A stretch of DNA of 63,193 nucleotides, counting the filler, from Hausera hauseri (Eukaryota), in the NCBI GenBank assembly GCA_046269625.1. It is 11 parts of 11 records of this genome, joined end to end, with 100 filler letters (N's around TTAATTAATTAA, not from the genome) between each part and the next. Parts side by side here need not be neighbours in the genome. Positions count along the whole stretch, not along the records: positions 23,616 to 27,847 come from JBJURY010621664.1; positions 27,948 to 33,984 come from JBJURY010149755.1; positions 34,085 to 41,641 come from JBJURY010006567.1; 8 more parts are not named here. The stretch is one strand, 5' to 3'. Shown here piece after piece: positions 26,272 to 38,844 of this stretch (positions within the stretch are counted from its first letter, which is position 1; every line of letters starts with the position of its first letter). The position numbers and the translations under genes were made by a program. The notes beneath the pieces were generated by a model. That model was given only the letters and a program-made list of their open reading frames with translations. It did no database searches and had not been told where the DNA came from.

Positions 26272-26371
26272 TGTGGTGCCCACAGCGGCCGGTGCCCTTT
26301 GGCCCATTTGGTCGGGCACGGCCGGGCATCCGTTGCCGCCGTGTCGGACCTATAGTCGGGCCCGTTTCTTC
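26272..26371 (+). mobile_element. TGTGG GC-rich element, copy A
   Basis: TGTGGTGCCCACAGCGGCCGG...CGTTGCCGCC...GTCGGGCCCG; aligns with copies B, C, D. Confidence 0.9.
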
Positions 26372-27947
26372 AGCTCTTCCACTATACACGACCAGTTCGA
26401 CAGCATTATACACTCCAGAAGGATGTGATATAAACAAACCTTTACCGCAAATTCCTGAGGAAGACAAAAGGAATTGGACAAGTTAAAAGCAAAAAGCTCC
26501 AATTAATGTTACTCATAAGCTCCATATCAGTCTTTGCACGCATACGGATGAATTTACGGTACTGCCTCAAGAACTGATCTGAATGATCAAAGACAACATT
26601 AGTAAAATCGACGCAGCCTGTAAATGCGATCGCGACGATTCGGTTATTGATTTGAGTACGTCATCGAACAAATCTCCGCAAGTTTCATCTGGTTATACAA
26701 TAGTAAATGATGAGCATTTTGTTATGACAAACGGCAGCGTTAAAATTAGTGTCCTCACTATGAAGGATGTTAAAAAGATCTGTCGTCAAAGCGAAATTCC
26801 CCATTTTTATCGAAAACATCAAAGCCAATAAACCAATAAAATCTCGCTCGAATTCAAAAACCGAAAATTATTCAATAAGTTCAAATGTTTGTCGGTAATT
26901 TAATGGGAAATGATTATTTTTCAGTTGATTAATGCCCTCTGTCGTGTTTGATATTATCTGTCCATGGTATGCTCTCTCCAGGTCCGAGAATTTCTAAAAA
27001 TGGCATCTGTTGTAGTCAGGTTGACTTCTTTTTGCTAATTTCGTCCTTTACAGGACTAGCACTTATTATAACATCTTTACTTGTTTTAATTGTCAGTAAA
27101 AAGCTACGAAATTCAACAACTGACAAAACAACCGATGTTGAATCTGATTGTCAATCGGATGAATTTCCATTTAAAGAACATTATGCTAATACCAAAGATT
27201 TAAGTTATTCGGCCGATATTCAAGTAAATACTACTGACAAACCGTGTAAAAATGAATCAATTGAAACTCAAAATGTCGTTCGAAAGTTGGAAACCAGAAT
27301 ACAATGATAATCGTACAAATCAAAATTTCAAGGCAGAGTGTAACCGAATCAACGATGATCTTTTCAGTTTAGTATATCCGCAATTAGCTTTAACTAATAT
27401 CCTAAATTTACCGACGCAATCACCAAAAGTAAAGCCAACAATTTCCATTACCGAAAACTATGATTACGTCAGTTTTTCACATTCAGAAAGAGATTTTAGA
27501 CTATCCTTCATGCCAAGACTCCGAAATTCCTCTTATATTCACAAGCATCCTGAAACGACCCGACAAAGGTGCTGTTCTGTTAGACGTAGCAAAACTACTG
27601 TGGAATTCATCATCAACTAATACCCAGCCGGTGATAACTGCATTGATAAATTACTCGTTTCAACTTGAGGACAAACGAGTTTGAATACTTTTAATCAGTT
27701 CAAAACATGTTTGGAAACGCAGAAAAATTTCCAAAATCCTGTAATAAACATGCCAATTGTCTTGTCAAGTATTCGCAGAAAATTCTCCTATACTATATCT
27801 ATCTTTTACAGTGTTTGACATTATCGCCGAATAGTGATTTACATTTANNNNNNNNNNNNNNNNNNNNNNNNNNNNNNNNNNNNNNNNNNNNTTAATTAAT
27901 TAANNNNNNNNNNNNNNNNNNNNNNNNNNNNNNNNNNNNNNNNNNNN

Positions 27948-28396
27948 AAAACAACGGAACAAAAAGCAAATGTTGACCAACCAGAAACAAACAACGGACA
28001 GTGTAACGAACTCTATTTTCAACCCTTTAGCTAATTCGACGTTGTCGTTGACCTTAGCCTGAACGGCAATGACCCGGTCAATACTGAACATGAATATTGT
28101 AAGTGACTGGAAAATATCAACGATATTTATACAAAATGCTTGAGTTTCACAAACAGTCGATGAGAAAACTTGTTGTTGGTTTACTGCACAAATCAGAGTA
28201 AAAAACTGGGTGAAAATATCAGCAAGAAAAAAGTACGATAGATTCATAACCACACACGAAATTGATCATCGATACAGCGTCCGGGATTTGAAGAACGTTA
28301 CGATGTAGAGAAGGTTGAATAGAATTCGGAGAAAAATACCGAGAGCTATGGTACTGATACGAATGTAGTAGCCCGTTAGATTGGATAATTGTAGAT
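27948..28396 (-). pseudogene. Class A GPCR-like fragment (TM1-TM4)
   Basis: TM1 with N, LADI in TM2, C at top of TM3, SIDRVIAV (DRY-like); internal stop. Confidence 0.65.
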
Positions 28397-28546
28397 GGGC
28401 AAATCGGCTCCATGCTGTCTCGCGGCAACGTGAACCGGCGCGAGATCCCGGCACGGTCGGGGGCCTGGGACGCCATTAAGGCGATGACAGGCGCGTGACG
28501 CTGCCCAACCGTCCGGCCGCGGAGCATGCAAGCGGTGGGCGCCATA
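28397..28546 (-). mobile_element. Diverged TATGG GC-rich element, copy E
   Basis: Starts TATGGCGCCCACCGC and shares CGTTGCCGC and GCCGATTT.CCC with copies A-D; replaces gypsy RT right after NFLG. Confidence 0.65.
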
Positions 28547-31297
28547 GCCAAGGAAATTTACCTTTTTCTGGAAGAAAGAACATTTAGAATAGTTCATTTG
28601 CAAATTGTAGTTGTGCAAGCGTTGGAAACCTAGTCTAAGATGTTCGTGTTGTTTGGGCGATGCCGATGTGACTAGTATGTCATCGATGTACGGGTATATA
28701 AATGGCAATTTTGAAAGGACTGAATCAATCTGCCGTTGAAAGGTTTGTGCTGCGTTCTTTAATCTGAACGGCATGAATGCGTATTCGAAAAGACCAAAAG
28801 GTGTTATTATGGCCGTTTTTTGGATGTCTTCAGGTGCTACCGGTATTTGCTGGTAGGCTTTTTCAAGATCTGTAGTCGAATAAATTGTGGTCTTGTGTAA
28901 AGAATGCAATATATCCTTAATTAAAGGTAGAGGATAAGCATCCATGGTAATGACGTTATTAAGTTGGCGATACTGGCCGCATGGACGGAATGTGCCATCT
29001 TTTTTGGTACGACGTGGAGTGGTGATGGCAACGGTGATTTTGACCGTTTTATTATTCCAGCTTGCTCGGGTGCAGAGAATTCCGCTTGGACTTCCTGTCG
29101 TCGGCGTGGTGAAAGTGAGCGGAGTTTTTGCCCAACGGGCCTAGAATTTTCTGTGATATGATGAAGCGTCGTGTTAGGCGGTCAAAATGCTGGGTCTTTT
29201 TTATTGTATGAAAACAAGATTTGGTTAAATTTTGTTGCATTTCTAGGCTAACTGTAGTAAGTGCTGTTGTTGTAATGGCAGTGGCTTGATTGGACTTAGT
29301 GTGAGAAACGGTAGTAATCGGGCCGCTTAAATCGGACTTCAACAGAAATGTAGGACTATTTATATTAGTCTTAGTAAGGCTTTTATTCACATTGGTTGAT
29401 GGATTCTTTAATATTGATTTTATAGTCGAGATATGCTGCATGATTGGTTGGTTATTTGTAGAGGTCGGACTATTTATATTGGTATTAATACGGTTTTTAT
29501 TTACGTTGGCTGATGGTTTTTTTAATATCGATTTTATAGGCGAGTTAAGCTGCGCGATCGGTTGGTTATTTGTAGAGGTAGGCTTTGTTGAACTGCTTTT
29601 AATGATCCGACATTGTCTACAATCTACAGGGAGGTTGTATCAAGATAAGAAATCAGATCCGAGTATTGGAGATTGTGTGTCGGCAACGATGAAAGTCCAA
29701 TTACAAATGTCGGAGAATGGTGGTAAAGTGAATGAAACCTTGGACGTGCCGAATACTTGTAAAGCTTGGCCGTTTGCTATGTACAGTTTAGTTGAAGTCG
29801 GTGAGGTAATAGATATTTTGGTGGATATTGGTAGAAGAGATACTTCTACTCCGGAATATATCAGAAAGGTGATTGGGTGATTAGACTCGGTGGAAATGAA
29901 GGCATTTAATGTGAAGACGGCATTCGTGCGGCTGTTACAATGACGAGGATAGCCTTTGCCAGCATACGCCGGAACATCTGGCGGCTTTGTCAGTTCTTTT
30001 GGGTGGACAGATTTGAGGAGTCGGGAGAATTATTATGGAATTGGTTAAGTCGACTGGAAAACGTGCAACCGTTGATGCAGTTTTGGGCTTTATTGCTGAA
30101 CCTATTATGGTAAATACAAACAATTTCAGATTTTTGAAAAGCGGGTGTAAAGAATTTACACCTCAAGCAACATTTGTTGGATTGGTCCTTGAATTTAGTG
30201 TGATAATAGCACACCACAGGTCGAGTAGTGGAGCTAGCGGATCTTGAATTTTGCGATGAAGCACGGCTATTATTGGGTGTGAATCGACCTTGTCGCGGCA
30301 TGGATAAATTGTCCAGTTTAGAAGTTAAAGCAGAAATGGCTTGGTGTATTGTCGTGTTTTCAGCCCGGAGAGCGTTTATTTGGTTATTAAGCACTAAGAT
30401 TTCAGCATTGGGTGGTGTCAAAGGTGGTTGTAATGTGTCTGCGACAATTAGAGTATGGTGTGTATTTAATATTTCATAGCTTTTATCAGCCAGTTGTGCT
30501 AACTTTTCTAACGTAGCGGTGTCTTTAACGACGGTTAGTAAAGCACGTATTTCTTTCGGCAACGATTTGAGGAAATATCTGCGCAATGAATCGGCATTGT
30601 TTGTCTGGTTCACTCCTAACTTGTTTAATTGTGTTTTTGATTTCCTATTGTGTTGTCGTTAAAATATTTGTGGATAATATTATCCAGAGAAGGTTCCGTG
30701 ATTTTTAGGATCGAGCTAAAGAGTGTCTTGTACAGGTCACCGCTTTGGAAAATTTCCGACAAGTTGGAAAGTTGTGACTTAATGTTGGAAGGCTTTGAGA
30801 AAAGAGTCGACAATATTATTCGACTTCAACCAAGCCGCATGAAAGTCCAACCACGTCCGGTTGGAATGTTTGTCAACGAAGTATTCTACGCAAGGTAGGT
30901 TTACAGTAGACGGTGGAGATAGAGGTGAATTTAGCGGTACACTTATAATAGGAATGTCGGCAAAGTCTTGTTGGTCCTTAGAAGACGCTTTTGGATTGGA
31001 TCCACCTAACAGACTGTAGTGTACAATCAGTATAGGTGTTGAAGACGAGCCGGTGTAATTTGTTATAATGACGGATTGTCGAAGTAAAGTCCGTTAAATC
31101 TGAAACGAAAATTAGAAAGAGTCGTTTGTAGTTGTAACATGCTTAACAATTTTGCAATTGTTGCTAATTTGTCAATGTAATAGGTTTGTGCATGCTTATT
31201 TTCGAATAACAAGACAAGTGGGACGAAATTATCACATAAGTCGGGTGTTCAGTGCGGTGCGTAAGACGGGCGCGCCCAAAATCCCTGCGATGTAACA
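28547..31297 (-). mobile_element. Ty3/gypsy element 2 (5' region, gag, protease, RT), truncated in RT
   Basis: gag with two CHCC motifs, DAYPLP, DLEKAY, TPFGLFEY, YIDDIL; paralogous to element 1. Confidence 0.92.
29353..29580. repeat. About 114-bp in-frame tandem duplication in the protease-RT linker
   Basis: ggactatttatatt at 29353 and 29467; encodes IKSILK.PS.NVNK twice. Confidence 0.8.
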
Positions 31298-31619
31298 GTC
31301 GATTTGCGCGACCTGAGTGGTAAACATTAGAAAAGGCGTCCTGTTTGGTTGATGTTTGACGTCGCTTTCCTGTAAACTTGGTAAATGTCTTTCCATAAAT
31401 TTCTTCTGCATCGATTCAGCCGGAATATCTCCGACCGACGATGTAGTACTGGGATGTTTACCACTGGCATTAAGGTAATTCTGGGGAAATTGTGAACTGT
31501 TGTCAAAATACTAGTCAATCAATTCTTCGGATAAAATTTTATATGTTAATAATTTAGTAGATTCATTAACATATGTATGACAGAAATATGACAAATTCAC
31601 TGACCTTTTTATGTATACT

Positions 31620-32200
31620 TTTTAAATCTTCTGAGACTCCAATGATAGACTCCGACAACGGTTGACATAATAATGCATGGTAATTGATGAAGAAATCAGG
31701 GAAATCGTGCAACAATAAGAACGTTGTACTGACAGCGCTCTTGTAGACTATTTGAATAAGTTTTTGTAGGTGATTATCGAGATACGGATGTAGAAATGAG
31801 AATGGATTGCAAATTGCTTGTAGAATTCCTGTGTGTATTCCATTGTTGTACTATAGAGCACTTTGGAAATGAATGATCGATGGGAAATGAGTTCTAACCA
31901 TAAGAATACTAATGATGGAGCACATTTTGGTCTTCTGACATTAAAGGTATGTGCGAATGCAGTCAAAGCATGATATTGGAACTCGACCATTTGTTCGTCA
32001 TCAACAAGGTGATGTCTATGACATTCGTGAATGAGACTACATACTAACATTGCATAAGCATCAATTTCCATATATCCGGCACTACGGTTTGCTATGAATG
32101 ATGATTTCAATTGTTTATGTGCTCTATCAACAACGTACATTAATGCTAATCGTAGGAATTTCTGAACGACTTCAGCGATGATACTCGTTAAACCATCTGT
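31620..32200 (-). pseudogene. CNOT1: CNOT1 C-terminal domain fragment
   Basis: IDAY..LV, AF...F...RP...P...F.WLELISHR.FI, LLLHDFPDF...YH. Confidence 0.8.
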
Positions 32201-32849
32201 GAAATATTTATTCTTTGCTTTGCCATCTTTGCTTAGGTCGCTTTCAACATTGACACTTATGAACTTTCATCAGATAAAATACGAGCAGTATTATCGTCAC
32301 TAAGTGCTACAGGTGACAGATTCATGATGTCTAGATCACTAAGTGATTTACTCCAACTATCATTCATTGCATATTCATTTCTCTTTACTATTCCAGTGTA
32401 CTTCGCATATTCCTATACTTCAGCCATTTTCAATTCACTGACACTCACATCGCTTGACTTGAATCTGGATCTTTTCGTTGCTCTGCTGTTGATTTTCGTC
32501 GATTCCGTTTGTAGGTAAAATTCCAAGGACCGACGACTTCCATAAATATTCAACGAGGAGGGACTAGCGCGCATGGCAACGAGTTCTTCACAATAAATTG
32601 TCGGGAGTCGTTTGCAATGTTTGGAAATTTTTGAAACAGATTGTTTTATCACTGGACGATGAAATTTGGCGATACGAGAGCTTTCCTTGAGAGATAATTG
32701 TGAACCCTTGTTTCTATTTCTATTAGACTTAATTAACTCGACGGTGTACACCTTATCGTTATTCACGTCATTCATGGCCATGTAGAAGATTTCATGTGGT
32801 GCTATTTTACAACCAATTCGTTCAACTCGACTAATTAAATCAGTTTCGT

Positions 32850-33390
32850 CGTTTCCTATTTCTCGAAATAAGTTTCTCTGACAGACTCTTAATTTTTTTG
32901 TCTGGAACCGTTTATCAATCATCTTTTTTTCAATATCCCCATCGCAGTATGTTTCGTCCTTTACGTGCAATGCCGATCTATTGGAAAGTTTATATTCGGT
33001 GACAAACTGCTTCTCGGATTTCGTATTGAAACTTTCATAAAATGATGGCATCTTACTAATAGAAAATGGATCTAACGTATGAAATGCATTGTCGTCCCTT
33101 TCAATACTTTCAACATTACTCGTTTCCTATTCGTCGAAATAAGTTTCTCTCACAAACTCTTAATTTTTTGTCTGGAACCGTTTATCAATCATCTTTCTTT
33201 CGATATCCCCATCGCAGTATGTTTCGTCCTTTACGTGCAATGCCGCTCTATTGGAAATTTTATATTCGGTGACAAACTGCTTCTCGGAATTCGTATTGAA
33301 ACTTTCATAAAATGATGACGTCTTACTAATAGAAAATGGATCTAACGTATGAAATGCAGTGTCGTCCCTTTCAATACTTTTAACATTACT
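32850..33390. repeat. About 270-bp tandem duplication (2 copies)
   Basis: Units start cgtttcctat at 32850 and 33121; the same peptide SFYESFNT.SEKQFVTEYK appears in two ORFs. Confidence 0.92.
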
Positions 33391-33544
33391 CGAACTATGT
33401 AATACGTAATCTTGGTCACCATCAGATAATTTCTGGTAGTGTATTAAATATTTTGACGGTACAGATTGACGATTTTCTACCTCAACAGACATGATAGTAC
33501 CAGTCACCTGTCTGCCATATCTAACGAAAGTCGGTACACTATAT

Positions 33545-33984
33545 ATATCTTGACCTAACGAAAACTCCTTTGACATCTGAAACCGACAAGACAATTTTGA
33601 ATTAGATGCTGTAAGTTCCTGACTGGTAGAAAATTTGTTTTGTCGTGGAAAGAGACGAAACTTGTTTAGACTTGTTAAAGGAACATCTAGATTTGTGCAC
33701 GATGTTCCTTTATCAAAATCATACACGTCGGTATCAGACAACACAGGCTTAACACGAAATTTCTGTGCGAATTCCTCATACTTTTCCAAATCATTTGAAG
33801 TTTGATTTTTTTTCTGTAAAATGAATTCCGTTAAATTATCAATGTTATCGTTACGTGGTTCGATGATTAATCTTCGAGCAAGGAACCAATAGGTATTTAC
33901 AAATCGGTCATAACCCAACGGAGTTTTCTTGTGTTCCACCAGAGCTTTTTCTCCATCTAAATTACTTTCGTACAATCCGACAAC
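33545..33984 (-). pseudogene. BPTF: BPTF/NURF301-like fragment, fused downstream to a chromo/Tudor-like piece
   Basis: PLGYDR....YWFL.RR.IIE and F.LGQ motifs; then KYLIHY at about 33435-33455. Confidence 0.6.
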
Positions 33985-34929
33985 NNNNNNNNNNNNNNNN
34001 NNNNNNNNNNNNNNNNNNNNNNNNNNNNTTAATTAATTAANNNNNNNNNNNNNNNNNNNNNNNNNNNNNNNNNNNNNNNNNNNNTACTATCGAAAATTAG
34101 TTGGAAACCGTTGAGATGTTTCTTTCCAAATTCTTCTGGAAATTTAAAATTTGGAAGCGCCCCCTCCCCCCTAAAATGAGAGCGTCGCCCTACATTTCTT
34201 CTGAAATCCATCTCGGAGCAGGATTGAGTAAATATTTCAACTTATGTGTACCACCCGCAAGTAAATATAGCCATTCCGCCATATCAATTTTTCTTTTCCG
34301 AAAGACTGACAAACATAGGAATAAAGACTGAATGTGAAATAGTCGTTGATATTGTCAATTCTGTCAGTAGGAGCTTCGGCTTTTGCAGCATTTTAATACC
34401 ATTTTGGAAAATGTTCAAAAACCATTCCAAAGACTGCTGATACATTGGATCTATTTTAGCCAAATCGGAAACAGTCTGACACCAACACGTATCTATTTTA
34501 CCATGCTATACATTTAATAAAAATAATATTTTGCTATCTTCATTTGTCTAGGCACTATAAAAAGCTGCAGATATCCATACATTTAGACATTTACTTACAG
34601 CTAAAAGACTTTTGCGAGTTTCATTTATAGCTCTCACCATTTCCATTTTGTTCCTCTGTAAAGTGAGCATTGCAGTAGTAAAACATTGGTAAAGTTTAAT
34701 CATATGTCAGATCATTTACTCATAGTTAATGATATTACAATCTGACTACCTCTTGAGTGTGTGATTTACTTCATTTTAGTCTCCATTCATCTAGTTTGGT
34801 TTATTTTAGTCAAACGGTCAATGTCATTGCATACTACAGCCAGAAATGAATGCTCCAGTGTCGTTCATTATGAATAATCTCAACTCGGTGCATGAAATCC
34901 ATTGCATCAGCAAGGGCCCCCTTCTGTTG

Positions 34930-35030
34930 GGTAGATTTATTTTTTCTAGAATTTCACCAGGCAGCCTACTCATTTCAATTTCCAACTGACATGGGATTGT
35001 TTACGTGCACGACAATGTACATAAAATAAA
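34930..35030 (-). mobile_element. Partial SINE copy (Meta-like core)
   Basis: Reverse strand TGTACATTGTCGTGCACGTAAACAATCCC matches 16160-16190. Confidence 0.7.
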
Positions 35031-35939
35031 GAACATGCAGAAAAGGCGCATGGAGTAAAGATGTCAGCAAATTTAAAAACAAAATGTTAGAGAAACTTTG
35101 CTGAAATTTTTGTGTTGTTGGTAAACGCACTGAAAGAACGCTGAAAATAAATTTTGATTTCTTTTTATTGGTTTTATAATTGTGCACACGTATATTCGTT
35201 GTTACAATGCATGAATGACAAACCAAAGGCTTTAAATATAGCAATGTGAGTTCAAAACTAAAACCTCCAAAGGACTGAATTATGGATTATAAACATTGCA
35301 AAAACAAAATGTGCCAGTTCTATAGACAATTAGTATATTATAAGGACCAGCATATGCAACAGCTTTGATTTAGCGGTATAACAATGTTCTTTGTTCGATA
35401 TCATCATATTGTATCTCTCGTCATTATTTGTGTATTAGATAAGCGTCACATTTAAAAAGACAACGTCTTGGCTGCCGAGATATACAACAAGGTTCACAGC
35501 TGGGAAAATTGTACGAAGACTGGCTACAGACAGAAACAAGTTACAGCATGGACTATTACAAAACAAAGAGTGAATACTTCGAAACAAAGTGAGACAGGAA
35601 AGTCGTTAGAATACCATGGACCAAAAAAAAAGAAAAAAAAGATACTATAAGAGCTAAACGTAACAGGAAAAATAGTACATGAAGAGTATGATGTCTTGAA
35701 ATCTGGAATAATTTTGATCACCATATACATTCTGAAAGTCAAAAACAGAATAATGATATGGTTCATGGAACACGAGGCACAGGTCAAAGAAGACACTGGA
35801 TATAAGACATCAAAGGTACTCTAAACGTGAAATTAATCGATGCAGGCGAACTAATAAGAGAAAGTTTTCTGGGTGCGTTGTGATGAGTGCGACCTTACAG
35901 AAAGGACATGCCACATGATGATGAAACTACAACAAGCAT

Positions 35940-37427
35940 TTAACTCATCATGCCATCGTCTTGTAAGAAAACCTCCATCTCTCCACTGGAACTCTTCACA
36001 CAGCACAGTTTAATATCATTAAGAGAAATATGAGAATATATAAGGTCATCGTCTCGAAGGGTCAACGTTTCGTCTTTTAACTTAGACACGATTTTATCCT
36101 TAATCTTCTGGGGTAATGGAAGCTTGCTCACTCGTTGATCTCGACCGGGATGTATGCCAATTGCAGATGATACTGTCATAAATGTCAGCTGACAAAGTGA
36201 CACTGGTTGTGAAGAAATGTCATTCATTAATGTTATCAAATCCTCGTTTTGATAACTTTGAACAATGCTTCTTACAATGAGCTTCTTACAGCTCGTCCAG
36301 GACATATCAGATACTGTCTTTAAGTCATTTTCGCTGAGGTAATATGCCAGTTCTACATTCCCAGCTAGTAATGCCATACATAAAGGGGAAATCGAAAAAT
36401 CTGTTTCCACCACATCTCCTGTCAAAACTGTCTTTGCCTGTACATCAACAAGTGGCATTCCAGCTCGAACTAATTTCAGAATAACATTTGTGTAACCTTG
36501 AAGGATTAGTTTATGCAGAATGATTGGTTCAAGGAACGATACATCAGCACCTCGATCCACAAAGCATTCAATGCAGTGGGCAGTATCTCCACCAATGTAT
36601 GGGTTCTCTAGGAGATACGAAAGAGCGGATTCTGTTTTGTTTATTTGGTTAACAGCTTTAACATTACACCCTGCATCAAGTAACATCAGCATTGCTTCTT
36701 TCCTGCATTTTTTAGCTGCCAGCATCAAAGGAGAGTAACCATCAATGTTCTGGCAATCCAGGTCACTTCCTGCACTAATCAGCTCTGTCAGAAGTGATGG
36801 TAATGGAAATGTAAATTCCAAAGCGCGCATTAAAGCGTTGTTACATTTGATATCTTTCACATTAACATCAGCGCCTGCGGTTATCAGTTCTTCTATTAAT
36901 ACGTAATTGTCACTATCCACAGCATACATAAAGGCTGTGACTCCCTCGATGTTTTGCTGATTAATATACTCCTTGCTCTTGGCTCGTTTAATTAAAAACG
37001 AAACGTTACTGTAACAGAAATGCTTCACTGCCAGCATGAGAGCCGTGTCTCCATTGACATCTTTGTCATTCATTTCAGCCCCATGGTCTAGCAGAATCCG
37101 CAACAACTCCACGCTGTCATCCCTAGAAGCTGCTATCATTAAAGGAGTTTCCAGATTTTGACTTCTTTCTCTGACTGACGATCCAAGTTTTAGCAAAGAT
37201 TCAACTCTTCTTCCTGCACAACGGTCGTATCTGTGTATCGTCTTTAGAAACTCAATCATAGACAGGGGACAGACGATGCTATTTCTTGTCACAGGACTGA
37301 TATCTGTTGTGACAGGAAACTCTTCATATTGCATCTTTATCAGAGATAAAGAACAACATTCTGGCGCCAAGTAACCGCTCTGAGCTGAAGGCTTGTGTTG
37401 ACTTTCTTGTGAGATTTCAAATTTCAT
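35940..37427 (-). CDS. Ankyrin-repeat protein with C-terminal SOCS-box-like motif, single coding exon
   Basis: 495-aa open frame; TPLMIAA, G.TALMLA, G.TAFMYA, GYSPLMLAA repeats; SLCQL....V......V.KLPLP..IK. Confidence 0.85.
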   Translation of the reverse strand: MKFEISQESQHKPSAQSGYLAPECCSLSLIKMQYEEFPVTTDISPVTRNSIVCPLSMIEFLKTIHRYDRCAGRRVESLLKLGSSVRERSQNLETPLMIAASRDDSVELLRILLDHGAEMNDKDVNGDTALMLAVKHFCYSNVSFLIKRAKSKEYINQQNIEGVTAFMYAVDSDNYVLIEELITAGADVNVKDIKCNNALMRALEFTFPLPSLLTELISAGSDLDCQNIDGYSPLMLAAKKCRKEAMLMLLDAGCNVKAVNQINKTESALSYLLENPYIGGDTAHCIECFVDRGADVSFLEPIILHKLILQGYTNVILKLVRAGMPLVDVQAKTVLTGDVVETDFSISPLCMALLAGNVELAYYLSENDLKTVSDMSWTSCKKLIVRSIVQSYQNEDLITLMNDISSQPVSLCQLTFMTVSSAIGIHPGRDQRVSKLPLPQKIKDKIVSKLKDETLTLRDDDLIYSHISLNDIKLCCVKSSSGEMEVFLQDDGMMS

Positions 37428-38844
37428 GTCGATAGTTTTTGTAGTTCACCTGGTTCGAAATGAAATAAAAGTAAAGAATTTAAAACAAAAATAAAATGAC
37501 GTGTTGATGTAATTCTAAAATTAACGTAAAAGATTCCTTGTATAAAGTTGCCTTGCTAAAACTGTAGCGAAAATTGACAATGAAATACCAAACTGGGTAG
37601 TAGCAATAGATGTCAAAGAAATTAAGTAATGATCCCATTAATGACTAAAAGCGCAAAGAGGAATGCTGAATTGGTATCCGCTCTTCTTCATAACCCAGCA
37701 TATGACTGTGTTATGTTGTCACCATACCGCCAATATGTTTTTACTTTCTACGAGAATGTCTCCATTAGCCAATATTTGAGGCTGGGTGGACCCCTGGAGT
37801 CGTTTTGGTAGAAACAAAATTCAACCCACCATAGCTGGGACTGAACCACCGACTAACCGATCGAGTGTGCACTGACCACTATCGACTGCGAGTACATGGA
37901 TAAGAAAGGAAACAAATGATACCCAAGCAGCAACACTAAAACAATTTATTAAGATGCTTTGACGGAATATCTCAAAATAGAATCCTTAAACTCAACTTGG
38001 AACAAAAAGTATCTACTAAAAGTGTCGACCAAATCAAGAAAAGAAGTTGGAAATAGCTGAGCTATATATTAAGGATGCAGAAATGAATACACCAACGGGT
38101 TGTTCTAAAACGGAATCCAGCGTGGAACAGAGCTAGTGGGCAATCTAGAGAGATTTTGAACTATAGTGACAGAACAGACAGAGACTGGTAAAACGGGTAA
38201 TGCGCTGAACTGACTTGCCCGTGGAAGATATGATTGGAGAAAATTAATTTATGCCTTACTCTTCAAGTGGATGTATGTGTTGAAGAAGAGGCTGCTACGG
38301 AAAGTCATTGTAGGAAATAGATTGTATTAGTAGAGAAGAGACATAAGGTTGGTGAGTGACATGCAATCTTACTGTTGATGAACATATATGGGAGGACTGC
38401 AATCTCAGATACATCAACTTCCATAATTTTAATTCCAATATAGATACAGTTTTTTTTCTGTATGGAAATGTGTGTGGAGGACCATGTTGATGTTGGAACG
38501 CATAATACAAACATTTGTAAATAATAGACTCGGACAAATACTGAAAATTATAACACATTTCACATTTCAAACATTGAAGACAGGAAAGAAATCTAATTAA
38601 AATTAAGTGAAAGAAACAAAAAGAGAACAATAACACTGGTGCCCAAGGAAAGAACAGAGTCGGGAGACCTTCAAAGAACCCAACACAATAAATATGTGTT
38701 GGAAAGACAAATGCAATGGATCGTCAGAAATGAACATCTACAGTGATTGTCTTATGTTTCGCCATTGGCATGAACAGGAAATACTGGAATAAATAGTAGT
38801 AGTAGCAGCAGTGGTGGCAGTAGTAGTAGTAATAGTAGCAGGCG

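Noticed and set aside
26287-26365. HDV-like ribozyme in the TGTGG element (GGCCGG start)
   Set aside because: The pairings I can see are simple nested hairpins; the double pseudoknot and catalytic junction could not be built by eye
35440-35930. Possible RTE-like LINE 3' remnants (also about 37950-38220)
   Set aside because: Too decayed to support by eye
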